Source: Octopus vulgaris (lineage: Eukaryota). From it: DNA of 64,000 nucleotides. Where the stretch lies: contig OX597817.1 of the NCBI GenBank assembly GCA_951406725.2, forward strand, positions 116,188,001 to 116,252,000. Reading direction: 5' to 3'. The notes below the pieces were generated by a model that had not been told where the DNA came from, made no database searches, and saw only the letters and a list, made by a program, of their open reading frames with translations. A program made the position numbers and the translations under genes. Below, piece after piece: positions 1 through 12,599 of the stretch; positions within the stretch are counted from its first letter, which is position 1, and each line of letters begins with the position of its first letter.

Positions 1-13
1 GGATGAAGAACAG

Positions 14-16
<3 letters not shown>

Positions 17-57
<41 letters not shown>

Positions 58-108
58 TCACACACACATAGATACAGGAACACGCGCGCGCGCACACACA
101 CACACACT
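17..108 (+). repeat. (CA)n microsatellite
   Basis: Direct inspection. Confidence 0.9.
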
Positions 109-794
109 CATTATGACTGACCCAAAAGACACGTACATACATGCAAATATATATGCGCGTCTACGCATATAAACACATATTTACGCGTGAATTTTAAGGC
201 CTGTGTCCAAACAACATTCGTTCTGTTTCATCTGAAAGCACGTCAAAGCCCCAAACCAATTTACTGATTAGTTCTCATATGAAACATAATGCCTTTTATT
301 GAATTAACTGTATTAATTAAACATCTTACTGTGTATTGATATAGTGAATAATATTTTCGAAGTAGTTTTAATCAAATCTATTTTAGTACTTCGCGTAACG
401 TATTCAAAGTAAGTTTATTATATATTTATATTATTGAACAGATAATACCAGAGTTTCTATGGTTGTGACAGTTTATAATCTTTCCTTTACTGCAGCATGA
501 AAAATGCCACGAGTTGGGAAGAGTGAAAGGGGGCTAAGAAACAAAGCAAAATATAAAATCATGAAGAAACCAAGAGTTCAAAATATTATATATATAAACC
601 CTAATAACATATATGTTACAATTCTTTAGTTTGCAAAGATATTATGCGAGTGGGTTCTACGAACATTAGATATCAGAATCATAATACTCTTTCAGTAAAA
701 CAAGAATGATCTCATTTGATTCTATTAACACAATTGTATAATATAACACGACTAGTTGTCACAATCGAAAGAATGCCTTGCACAGATATTTGCT

Positions 795-935
795 TTGTAT
801 GTTCAAATATTTCAGTTCGACTTCGCCTCTCATCCCTTCGACAGGTCAATTAATAATAGGAAAGTACTGGAATAGACGATATCGGTTAACTTTTTCCCAA
901 CAAAATCTATGGCGGCATTGTTCCCAAATTAGAAA
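795..935 (+). mobile_element. SINE family A fragment
   Basis: gttcaaat...cgacttcgcctctcatcccttcg, diverged match to 10750-10850. Confidence 0.5.
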
Positions 936-1036
936 CTGCCGAATAATACGGTTCTAACTGGGTACTTTCGTAGCAATATGATTCGGGTAATGTGAAGATT
1001 AAAAGCATACTTTCTTGTATTTATTCATTTTCTATA

Positions 1037-1082
1037 ACACACACACACACAAACACACAAACACACACACACATACACACAC

Positions 1083-1137
<55 letters not shown>
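1037..1137 (+). repeat. (CA)n(TA)n microsatellite
   Basis: Direct inspection. Confidence 0.92.
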
Positions 1138-1456
1138 ATAAATTATCAAGGTGGCTATTCACATTTTACGACCAAAAGGCATGTCGTTAGAAAAGTGCTC
1201 TTACATGATTAAGAGTTATTTTGACTCTTATTTCTAGCTATGTTGGTGCTCACGAACACAGCCATCACTTTAATGACTATTTATGTATTTATATGACTTA
1301 TATTTTAAGATTGGTTCTAACCGTATATGAATTTTGTTTAAAGAATTTGATCTACGAAAGTTTGTCCCCCACTTTCCTTCCTGTTATCAATTACTTATTT
1401 ACTCCTATAAAGCGTTGATTAGCTTCGCTGCAGTAAAGATTTTCCTCTATATTTTT

Positions 1457-1497
<41 letters not shown>

Positions 1498-2354
1498 CTC
1501 TATATCTTACTTAAAGAGGATACACAAAACTGCCGTACTCGTCTCGAGAAATCATCTCCTATAAACGTATAGTGTTAAAAAACATCGAAGTGTATCAATG
1601 GCAAAGGAAAAAGCGTAGGGACCGGTGGGGGAATTGCTGAATCTATATTTCTGTGGCTTCTTGCGCCGTCAGCAGCAACTAAAAACTGTCGACCGCATGC
1701 TTAGAAATAATTAAGTCACTACTGATATAGAATAACCCTAACTGCAGGCGCTTTACATTCAGACTGATGCAATTTTTGAAGTTTACCGCATGTATTTTGT
1801 TCGGTTTATAACATTTAATTTAGTTAAATTTTTATCATTCTACCGCCTTTCTAATGACCTGCACCTATTCTTCGATCAAGCATGCAGCGCACATGCCCGA
1901 GTAATCAGGTACATTCAACTACTATTTAGTTGTGTCGTAAAGTTCAGTTGCAAATAATTACAGTAGATTTGAGCGGTATAGCAGTGAGCGCTAATATGGG
2001 TGAGAACAAAAGGTCATTGGTATATAACAAGAATGTTATGGTAGCATTTTCAAATCTTGGAGCGCACTGGATTCGTAGGGGGACACATGTTTAGGAAACG
2101 TGAGGGAGAAAAGATAAGCAAAAAGTTCCACTAAGTTGTTTGATCCTGGACCTCACGGACAGGCGTCAGAAAAGAGTAGCCAATTTGAAATAAAGTGAAC
2201 TCTTTAACGAATTTGCAAACATAATACCATATTTAAGAGAGTATTGTAGCTCGCTTGAAGCGTTGTGTATTGTTTGTAAAATATAATGTGTCTTGAATGG
2301 CACAACAATGCAGAGTGGTCTATAATAGCGGTTATAATTTAATTATCCATAGTC

Positions 2355-2401
2355 CGATATAATGATAACATTTCGGAATACAACATTCCCTTCAGATATC
2401 G
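2355..2401 (-). ncRNA. Type I hammerhead ribozyme motif (degenerate) in PLE pseudo-LTR
   Basis: Minus strand: CGATAT-CTGAAG-GGAAT gttgt ATTCC-GAAA-TG ttat CA-TT|ATATCG. All three stems pair, but core A9 is missing. Confidence 0.65.
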
Positions 2402-2706
2402 CTACGAATTGATCGAGCTACTGCTATAATCGGTTTTCCAACGGTTACAGAACGTTTTTTTTTTCCAGAGGCGTCTCTTCAGTGGTCTCACGAAGCACCT
2501 CCGGAATTCCTCATGAGAAGTGTATGAAGGCGGACTTGTCTCAATCTCATGTGTATTGGCATATTCGCAGCTCTGCTTCTAAGTTATGTATTATACGTCC
2601 TGTTTCTTTTTTTAATTTTTATAATACATGAGCGTGTTATCAAATGTGGATCAACATGCATCCAGATGTAGCTAAATAATATATTGTTTGCCAACATCAA
2701 ATGTAA

Positions 2707-3560
2707 TTAATGTAAATAATGAACCTCCATCCTGTTGTTAATTTGGTGTTCTTGTCTGTCTATGAGGATAGCTTCCTTAATACTTAGATTACACAAATTT
2801 CTTTCGTTGGCCTCACTTGTGACTGCTATGCTTTTGTTCGTGTTCCGGCATCTGTCTAGATGCTTTCTGCAGGAGGATGCTCTCGTGTTCAGATGTTCTT
2901 TGATACGAATGTGTAACGGTTTTGTTGTGCTACCGACATAGAGCTTCTGGCATTTGTAACATTGTATTCTATACACAACATTTACCCGTTAGCATAAATC
3001 TGTGTCACGGAAGGGGGAGTTAGCTAGTGTGCATTGATTTCTGTCCCTTGCTCGTTTCTTTGCTAGATGTCTTCTCAGAGAGAGGCTGGAGTGGGCTAGT
3101 TGTATGTTGTATCCTCTCGCGGAAATGGAGTATTTTAAGGAAACATGTGTTGCTGGGTTTTCTATGTGTTCGACGTGTTTGCTTAGTTACTTAAGCCGAT
3201 TTACAATGGCTATAGAGTACCCGTTGGTTTTCAATACCTCTAGGAAGCGTGTAGTATGGGTCACCTTGTCCTCTGTCCTGCTGCATTTGCGTCCAAGTTC
3301 ATTTCTGGCTTATCCCACTGAGTGGAAGGGCTGAACTGTAATGAAAAAAAATATCTCTTCTGGCTGCTGTCCTGTCGAACTCGGTGTGGATCTCTCCTTC
3401 TTCTGTTATTTTCAGTTGCAAGTTGCGTAGCTATAGGGGATGTTCTATGGTGAACCGTGTGCTCATGTCCATGTTGTTGAACGTCGTGAATATTCTGTCT
3501 GCCTCTTCACGGGAAGATGTGAGTATGAAGATGTCATTTACGTACCTGGTGAAGAAGGAG
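2707..3560 (-). pseudogene. PLE RT C-terminus plus GIY-YIG endonuclease, disrupted
   Basis: ORF 2707-2976 YRIQCYKCQKLYVGSTTKPLHIRIKEH...IKEAILIDRQEHQIN fits the GIY-YIG pattern of PLE endonucleases. The upstream RT remnant carries stops and frameshifts. Confidence 0.85.
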
Positions 3561-3713
3561 CATGAGCGGCGCTGCGGATGTGCCGACACACACGAGCATG
3601 AGACATGGCCGCCCTCACGCTCTTTTCATGATGAATTCCGGAAGAAACGCTTCCGGAAAAAGATCTGTAACCGTTGGCAAATCGATTATAGCAGTGACTC
3701 GATCAATTTCTAG

Positions 3714-3762
3714 CGATATCTGAAGAAGGAATTTTTGTATTCCGAAATATCATTATTATGTT
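3714..3762 (+). ncRNA. Hammerhead motif in the inverted pLTR copy (core intact, stems I/III decayed)
   Basis: CGATAT-CTGAAGA-A-GGAAT ttttgt ATTCC-GAAA-tatcattattatg, homologous to 2355-2401. Confidence 0.55.
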
Positions 3763-5419
3763 AGAGTATGGATAATTAAGTTATAACAGTTATTATAGTC
3801 AACTCTGCATTGTTGTGCCATTTAAGACACGTTATATTTTACCATATTTAAGTTGTAAATGCAAAATCACAAGTTATGAACAACAAACCTTCACATTTAT
3901 ATTTCTTTCACTTACTTCGGAGTTGTTTCAGAAACTGTAATATTAGTCATTGCGCAAGAATGAAAAGCAAGAAAGTAATCCGATTATAAAATATTGCAAT
4001 GTTCTTTTATTAGTCGCTAGACAAAATCAGCTTTAATGAAATATCATAATTGAAAGGAAGCTTTTTGAAAATGTGTAAAAAAATTCTGGAGAATTGCTTA
4101 ACAATTGCGTCTCCGTTCAAAGTTACATTTTTTAAAACTTATATCAATAGATTTGAAAATTGTTCTTCAAAGAAATGTTTCGCATATTAAAAACATGAAA
4201 TCAAAAACAAACAATATATATACACATACATACATTGAAAGTATTTTATTACAAAGTGCAACGTAACATAATGAAACATGTTGTAATGAAAGAAAAAAAG
4301 TAACGTTTAAATGAAGCTTTTGGCGCTGGAAAATATAACTTAAAAATAAAATCAATTTTACATTTTCCCTGAATATTACTAGTTTGCAATCCTTTGAACA
4401 TTTCAAAGGAAGTTGCATTATTACAGCAGCAATACAAAATGAGTAGTTTAAAAATTACATTCTGCCTTAATATTTTTATGAAGACTACATTATGATTTTA
4501 AATTCTGGTTCGTTTTTCAACGCATTTTGTGTCACGTGCACAAAATCGTAGGCTACTCTAAACCGACGTATATGGTGGGCTGCCATATTTCCATACCATA
4601 CTCTTTAAATAATATATTTAAAAACATATTGCGAGAAAATTATTTATTTTATATAATGATCTATTTATTCTGGGTATTTCAGCAAAATAAAAATTTTTGA
4701 CATTTATGTTACGAAATAATTTCTGAACTGATTCCTTATAAATCGTTTTGTTAATTCTAATACGCTCGTGAAATTTCTATCTATGAATCAAAGACTAGAA
4801 GGGTTCACAAACGAGGCCTTACAACATTACATACTGCTCAATAACTAGCTATACCAGTAATACACTGCACCTTGCAGCAAGCACTATCGATTCAATAGAG
4901 TAACTGAACATTTAATAGAATAGCTGAAGATTCAATGGAATAACTAACGATTTAACAACCTTCACACGCTACACATCTACTGTACAATAAGCACCTACTC
5001 TGGTAACCTAACATAACATTCATTATACAAGATTAAGACACATTGAAATTACACAACCAACATTACGCTCATGAAGCACAATAAAACAAACATGGATCAA
5101 ACATGTACACTATGTTGTGTCAAGGGAAAGTCATATTGTGTTAATACTTTATACACACTCACCGGTTCGATTTCCATGCATTTATTATTTATATATTTTC
5201 TTCCAAAACTTTCGTTGCTTTTGCAACCTTGCCAACGGATGTTGACTATCCGGTATTGGAGCTGCGTTCTTTTTTGTCGGTGCGCATGCGTATGCATCAA
5301 TGTGCATGTGTGTTAGTGTATGCTCACATGTATGTAGTATGCATGTATTTATGAATGCATGTATGTATATATGTTTGTAAACATGTATGTGTGGGAATAC
5401 ATAGATGTATGTATGCGTA

Positions 5420-5456
<37 letters not shown>

Positions 5457-6229
5457 TACATATTCATATGCTTTTGTATGTGTTTGAGTGGTTGTATGCA
5501 CGTGTGTGGAGTGTGTGTGTCTGTACGGTCATGTGTTTCCATCTGTTGTGTGTGCGTTTGTGCATGTACTTATCTGTCCATATTACCTATGTTCCTATCT
5601 ATTATCTACTTACCTATGTATATATTTGTTTACTTCATATCCATTTACCTAGCCTTATATGTATAGCTACCTACATAACAGCCCACTAGCAAATGTACTT
5701 ACGTATGTATATATTATGGGTTGGCGTATCACTAACTTTATGTGTGTTCCTTATTTACTACAGGGGCTGTTTCATTTATGAGGATGTACTCCTGTATTTG
5801 TCCGAGTAATGGGTCTTTTAGGTGCTTGGATAAAATGCATATGTCAAGTCGGTCCAGTGTGCTTCGAAGATGGGCTTTAGCATGTTGGTAGAGTATGGAG
5901 GACAGCTCTTTTCATCATATTGCCTCAAGGTTCATTTAATCTCTAGGCAATACTTCTAGATGTTTCGTCAATGTATGCCGTCTTCTGGTTTAAATCTAAA
6001 TCTAAACCCTATCATAAATGAAACCAATGTAGTAAAATAACAGGAGGGGACTACACACAACATTCCTTCAAAAATAAGAACGCAATTTTGCATAAGTCTC
6101 AGGAACTCGTAGGTGCACCATGCAGGGCAACAGAAACTTGCATGAATCTCACGAAGAAAAAATTAAATGTTTCTAACATAGGCACAATGCCTGAAAACTA
6201 GCAAGAATTATATATTGGATTGCATAGCA

Positions 6230-6372
6230 TTTCTTGGTCATTTATCATATCAACCTCGGTGGAACTAATAGCAGATTTTATCTCGGTAGGTTTGAAACTA
6301 TAGCGTAAACAATTCGAGCAAATCCCGCAAAGCATCATATCTCGTGCGTTACCGTCTCTTCAAATTCATCAC
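6230..6372 (-). mobile_element. SINE family A fragment
   Basis: Reverse-complement, highly diverged similarity to the SINE A head. Confidence 0.45.
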
Positions 6373-6734
6373 ACTGAGATTAGGATTATTCAGTGATCGG
6401 GTCACAAAGGTTCTATTAGGACGCAGAGCACATCTTGGGGAGTCTTAGACGTATTTCACTTCAATACTGCCGTCGCCGGTTTCTTCCGGAAAACAGTGAG
6501 TCTGGAAGAAAGCAAGCAAGAAAGAAGGAACGAAGGAAAGTAAGAAAGAAAAAAAGAAAGCAAGAAAATAAGGGAGCAAGCTGAATTAACCTTAGTACTT
6601 CACTGCTGCGTTATCAAACAAGAAAGGATAGCTGATGCTCTGATGCTTCAACTAATTCAGTAGATTCAATACTTTTAACAGTTACAGAGCATTCAAGAAG
6701 AGCGCTTTGTCGATTAAAACGAATCCTCTGTTAA

Positions 6735-7880
6735 TAGGATGGAATTATAAAATGTCGAAAGAAAGAACTGATGAAAATGGATACAAAGACAAAAAAAGAA
6801 GTATTGACAGTACACGGAGCCTTCCACTTTCAGAGTGACACCGATAGGCTGTATTTTTCAAGAAGGTGTGGTTGACAGAGTTTTGATCAGTTGCCAAGAT
6901 TGTATTGAAACAGAAGAAAACAACTTAGGGTGGTATGTGAAGAATGTTCAGGAGCCATTGTCGAAACATGCGAAGAAAGCCGGCGTCATCAAATCTGAGA
7001 ATTGTGCAATGAAAGAAAAAAAAATTAATGAGGAAAATTACACATAAAAAAAAGAAACAGCAGGGAAGGAGAAAAAATGTACTGAGCGTTTGTAAGAAAT
7101 ACGAACGCCAAGACAAATATAGAAGATTCGTACTTATGAATGAGGAGGAGTGACATGAGGATAGAGATATAAGCACTCATACGCGCAGGTCAAGAACAAG
7201 TGCTAAGGACCAATTAGGTAAAGTGCAGAATAGACAACAGTACCGACAGCGACAAATACAGAATGCGTGGTGAGAGGGGTGAAACAGTATGGCGCATCGT
7301 TAGCGAATGCCCGAAATTGGCACAGCGTGAATGCAAAAGACGACATCACAATCTGGCAAGAATGATCCGTTGGGAGCTCTTTGCAAACCATGGCCTACAA
7401 TGAGCAAAGATACGGTATGCGCAAACCCCAGGAATTACCGAGAATGAGAATTGCAAAATCCTGTTGGATGCAATGATTCAGTGCGATCACCTAACCAGAC
7501 GTCGGAAATCGGACATTTTTGTGGTGAATAAAGGAGAAAGAACATGTATGTTAATCGACATAGCATGTTACGGTGTCAACAGGATCAGTGTGAAAGAAGA
7601 AAACGATTTGAAGTGGGGAATACGAATGTTCTGGTCAATGAGGAGAGTAGACGTGATACCAATAGTAATTGTCAACAATCAACTAACAGCATGACAAAAA
7701 AGAGATTGATAGAAATCCGAAGGTAGAACACCTAGAAAAGTCGGCATTGCTTAGAACTGCAAGAATTCTTCACAGGGTTCTTGAAACCTGACTAGCCATC
7801 AAGTGTCACCTTAGTCTGCTGGCTATAGACAGCCGGCATTTTCCATTATACCCAGCAAAATAAGCTGTGAGTTTTCATCA
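6735..7880 (+). mobile_element. R4/Dong-like non-LTR retrotransposon 3' fragment (old, degenerate)
   Basis: Remnants LTVHGAFHFQSDTDRLYFSRR and WDAMIQCDHLTRRRKSDIFVVNKGERTCMLIDIAC (restriction-like endonuclease), then KSALLRTARILHRVLET. Ends at (TAC)n/(TAA)n. Confidence 0.8.
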
Positions 7881-7881
7881 C

Positions 7882-7882
7882 A

Positions 7883-7920
<38 letters not shown>

Positions 7921-7933
7921 ATAATAATACTAC

Positions 7934-7981
<48 letters not shown>

Positions 7982-7986
7982 TAATG

Positions 7987-8078
<92 letters not shown>
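7882..8078 (+). repeat. (TAC)n(TAA)n microsatellite
   Basis: Direct inspection. Confidence 0.97.
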
Positions 8079-8079
<1 letters not shown>

Positions 8080-8976
8080 GAACAGCAACGAACCATGATA
8101 AAACAATGGCAAGAGAAGCCCCTTCATGGTAAATACTGCACTAAACTAAACGCAAAAGAAATAGACAAATAAAAATCCCAGCAATGGTTGAGAAGCTCAG
8201 GACTCAAAGCAGAAACAGAGGGATTTTTAATTGCAGCACAAGACCAAAGCCTCCCCACCAGAAATTACCAAAAACATGTAATGAAAAGAAATATTACAAG
8301 TAACTGCAGAATATGTGGAGATGGACAAGAAACAATAAATCATATTATCTCTAGCTGCCCAGTCCTGGCTAAGAAGGAATATATTCACAGACATGACAGA
8401 GTTGGAACCTACATACATTGGAAGCTATGACAACATTATGGAATAACAACAGAAAAAAGATGGTATAGGCACACACCAGAAAAGGTCACAGAAAACGAGA
8501 AAGCAACCATGCTCTGGGATATGCCGATACACACAGATAGAGAAATTAAGGCCAACAGACCAGATATAGTTGTCAGAGATCATGAAGAAAAAAAATGCTT
8601 TCTAATTGATGTATCAATACCGGCAGATGACAACGTGTCTCTAAAAGAAATGGAGAAACTCTCAAAATACAAAGACTTGGAAATAGAGGTAACTAGAATG
8701 TGGAACCTGAAAACAGAAACAATTCCTATCATAGTAGGTGCATTAGGCATGATAAAAAAATATTCAGACAAATACATTACAAAAACACCAGGACTTACAA
8801 ACACATATAACATACAGAAAATTGCACTACTAGGCACTGCCCACATCCTACGCAGAACACTTTCCATACAATAACCATCAGAGCATCACAACAAATCACA
8901 GCTCATACCCAAGGCACACAGAGCTGTGCTCGGTAGTGAAGTGAAAGCACGCTATAAAAATAAATAAAACTACTGA
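8079..8976 (+). mobile_element. R4/Dong-like non-LTR retrotransposon, 5'-truncated, little decayed
   Basis: WQEKPLHGKY; LKAETEGFLIAAQDQ; CCHC finger CRICGDGQETINHIISSC; RHD motif; REL endonuclease NRPDIVV...LIDV...EKLSKY. Single frame with two in-frame stops, flanked by (TAA)n on both sides. Confidence 0.93.
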
Positions 8977-10687
8977 ATAATAATAATAATATCACCACCA
9001 CCGCCACCATCAACAACAACAACAACAGCAACAACGACGACGACAACGATGAAGATCATGACAATGACGAGGAGGAGGAGGGGAGGGGTCGGATTCGAAA
9101 ATGGAGGAGAAGTTTAAAGTTGGAAGCAGAGTAGACTTAATGCCATCAAAATGAAATGACTCTACAGTCAAGTTAACTTTCCAATAGATAATGCGAAACT
9201 GAATGAAAGTATACTTATTAAAATTGCGGATGTTGCAAGCGAACGCCAGCTTAGCAGCTGTATTGAATAGCGAGCACCATATCGGTATGATATAAATTAA
9301 TGAGTCAGCAACAGCACTAAGATACTCTATTTTGCAGCATTACTTAAGGTATCGTATTGTAAATATCTATTCTGTAGCACTGAAAAATTATTTTACTTAT
9401 TGCAGCATATATCATGTTCTCGATTGCTTCACATCTATTCATTCTGAGTTAAACTATGCTATTTTGCAGTAGGTAGATGAGTAAGGTATTCCATAGCATT
9501 TTGTTATGAAACTGCAGACAGACCGCTCGGTATTGAAATATAATGAGCCGTTCGGCGCGTAGGTTTCCATCAATGAGTTTTATTTTTTTTTATGGATGCG
9601 GCTACGGCCCACAATATCAACTATGCTAGTTTCTATAAAAAGGGTATTGTTACCTGTTAAAAGAAAGGAGTTTCCGATTATATCGGTGTTGATATGTTAT
9701 AAGATGCATTATTTTGCCATAATTTACTGTCATATAACATGGCACAGTACTTTATTCTGTGTCCTATATTTTAATGTATGTTATGATTTGTGTAAAACCA
9801 CCACTACCACCACCACCACCACCACTACCATCATCATAATCATCATCACCATCATCCTCATCCTCCTCATCATCATCATCACCATCCTCCTCCTCCTCCT
9901 CCTTATCATCATCATCATCATAATTTAACGTTCGTTTTCAACTTCCGAATTACATGCTGGCATGGGCTGGACGATTTGAGAAGAAACGGGAGAGCCACAG
10001 CGCTGCGTTTAACTTCAGTGCCATCTTCGACATGATTTATACGGCTGCTAATCCCTTTACAAGAGAGCCGGAATCTCTTATTTATTAGTGAGGCGGCCAT
10101 GAAACTTGCAAAACATTAACGAGGAAATAAAAAAAATAAGAAAGCATCTGCCACTACTAAGACGAAGTATTTGTGAGAGGAAAGGCTAATGTATGGCAGA
10201 GGAACCAGCACAGGTGTCTTGCTATAGAGGAAGTGTATGACTGAAGGAGAAAAGGGGTAAGTAGTGTCGGGGTGCTAGAGTAAAATCTCAAAGAGGTAGA
10301 TGGTGAGGATAAGGAGGTGGGTATAGACAGTGGGTCAAGGAAGGAGATTAGAGACTATGGGGATGATTTAATAAGAGTGTGAGTGGTGAATAGACAGTTA
10401 GAGTTTAGAGGGTAATGTAGTAAGTGATGAGGAAGTGTGAGAGTGTAGATGATAACATATTCCAGTATGGGGAGGGGTAAGGTGGGAGATAGAGAAAATC
10501 TTCAGGAAGGAGGCTAGGGAAGAAGTTGTATGCAAGGTGTACGAGCAGTGGAGAGGGAATATAGGGATACATTGGGAGCTATAGTAGGTGAGTTGATCGT
10601 GATGATAAAGTTTTTTCCAATGATCAAGAACATGAAAGAAATCCATAGGCATTGGCGACAATCTAATCATTGCAGACCCACTTTTAA

Positions 10688-11075
10688 GGAGCTGGCAGAA
10701 GCGTTAGCACGGCGGCCGAAATTCTTAGCGGTATTTCGTCTGCCGTTACGTTGTGAGTTCAAATTCCGCCGAGGTCGACTTTGCCTTTCATCCTTTCGAT
10801 AAATCAAGCACCAGTTACGCACTGGGGTTGATGTAATCGACTTAATACCTATGTCTGTCCTTGTTTGTCCTCTCTATGTTTAGCCCCTTGTGGGTAGTAA
10901 AGAAATAGGTATTTCGTCTGTCTTTACGTTCTGCGTTCAAATTCCGTGGGAGGTCGACTTTGCCTTTCATCCTTTCGGGGGTTCGATAAATTACATACCA
11001 GTTGCGTACTGGGGTCGATCTAATCGACTGGCCCTCTCCCCCAAAATTTCAGGCCTTGTACCTAGAGTAGAAAAG
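10688..11075 (+). mobile_element. tRNA-related SINE family A (composite with a duplicated body)
   Basis: gagctggcagaagcgttagcacg...gagttcaaattcc (box B-like)...gaggtcgactttgcctttcatcctttcg. The body repeats from ~10907, and many dispersed copies occur in the window. Confidence 0.85.
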
Positions 11076-11392
11076 AATAATTTTCTTGAGAAGGAAAAGA
11101 ACAGAGTGAATTATCATGTAAATCTTTAGACATATTTCTCTTGTTGGTACGAGTGTTTCACTCTCCCTTGATGGCAATTCAGTTATACACTTGTGCAGGT
11201 CATTCGGGAAAACCTGCACGCTCATATGTCGTCTTCCACCGGAGAGTGCATCATATGTGTATGCATATATATATATATACACTGAATTGTTATAAGATAG
11301 GAGCGTGCGTGGCGTTACATTAAGTAATATATTCAGACATTATACAGAAGCACAACAAACGGGAAATCCACGCATAAATGTCAGTTATAGTC

Positions 11393-11443
11393 CAAAGGAT
11401 TGTAACAATTTCACGCATTTAACGATAATATTGGTCACCTTTG
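11393..11443 (-). ncRNA. Type I hammerhead motif with G3-C8 core variant
   Basis: Minus strand: CAAAG-GTGACCA-atattatcgttaaatgcgt-GAAA-TTG tta CAA-TC|CTTTG. Stems I and III pair perfectly; stem II is decayed. Confidence 0.6.
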
Positions 11444-12004
11444 CTGGCGTGAGTGACGAGAGGCAGCTGGGAAACAGTGAACAAACAAGAAGCCAAACAC
11501 GACATAATGTTATCAAAGAAACAAAAATGAAATAAATATATATCATACAAACAACATAATATAAACTAGGGCCTTGCAGCTCAAGCTGAGATGAAGAGCA
11601 AACGGACATGGAACAGAGATGAAAACAAATACTGTAGAATATAAATGTACGGAAAAAATCAAATAGATATACATTATACAAACAAGATAAAGCTTTCAGC
11701 TCAAACAGGAGAGAAAGAAAGCGATAACACCAGCAGAAGTGTCCGAAAGTGGGAACAAATGCAACAGCGGTGAGACAGCAAACGGTGTTGAAAGTGGGAG
11801 ACGAGAGAAACGTGGCTGATCCTCTTGGCGACCAGGCGTAAAGAGAAAATGGAAAAGAGAGGGGAGAATGACCACGGGTTACGTGGCAGTCGGAGTAGGG
11901 AGAAAATGTGGTACAGGGCAGATACTGAGACAGAAAGTAACGGACAGGGAAGGAGAGAAAAGAGGAAAGGAAAACAGAGCCAGATAGCAACACAGAAAAA
12001 AGTG

Positions 12005-12049
12005 CTAGAGAGAGAATGAGAGAGAGAGAGAGAAGGGGGATGGAAAGAA

Positions 12050-12105
<56 letters not shown>
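12005..12105 (+). repeat. (GA)n microsatellite
   Basis: Direct inspection. Confidence 0.95.
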
Positions 12106-12108
<3 letters not shown>

Positions 12109-12211
12109 GGCAAAGAGAAGAGAGAAATAGTCAGAAATAGACGTCGCACAAAATATCCATGAATGGTGACGATATAAGAACTTGCTTGCCGTTACACTAG
12201 ATTATATATAT

Positions 12212-12432
12212 ACTTTTCTACTATAGGTACAAGACCCGACATTTTGGGAGATGGGTCAGTCCATTACATACCGGTACCCGAGTATGTAATCGACCCTCAG
12301 TCGATTACCCCAGTACGCAATTGGTACTTAATTTATCGACCGACGGAATTTGAAATCAGAACATAAAGACAAACAAAATACCTATTTCTTTACTACCCAC
12401 AAGGGGCTAAACACAGAGGGGACAAACAAGGA
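12212..12432 (-). mobile_element. SINE family A fragment
   Basis: cctatttctttactacccacaaggggctaaacacagagg is the near reverse complement of 10870-10910. Confidence 0.8.
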
Positions 12433-12599
12433 CATATATATATATAAATATATACACATATGCATATATATATCAGCTGACCACAATTGTTTAATACAAC
12501 GAGGCTTTCACTACGAGTAAGCAACAATTCTTCTGCACTTTTCAAATATTCCATAAATTTTAATTTAAGCTCACCCAGCACGAATATTACCCCTATAAA

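Larger units (their letters stand above)
2276..3842 (-). mobile_element. Penelope-like retroelement, 5'-truncated at the RT catalytic motif, with an inverted pseudo-LTR copy at its 5' end
   Basis: The minus strand reads FTRYVNDIFILT (degenerate YVDD, ~3520-3553) and then a GIY-YIG domain (2707-2976). Segments 2276-2578 and 3564-3842 are diverged inverted copies (e.g. ggcacaacaatgcagag / ctctgcattgttgtgcc). Confidence 0.9.
11335..12150 (-). mobile_element. Probable PLE 3' region/pseudo-LTR with internal (CT)n tract
   Basis: Pyrimidine-rich minus strand ending in a hammerhead motif (11393-11443). No ORF remnant, so the PLE assignment is inferred from the ribozyme. Confidence 0.45.

Noticed and set aside
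1140-1460. Segment bracketed by (TA)n like the pLTR fragments
   Set aside because: No hammerhead core or PLE motif found on either strand.
11385-12149. 254-aa minus-strand ORF, the longest in the track
   Set aside because: S/L/F-rich translation of a pyrimidine-rich repeat 3' region including (CT)n; no domain motifs.
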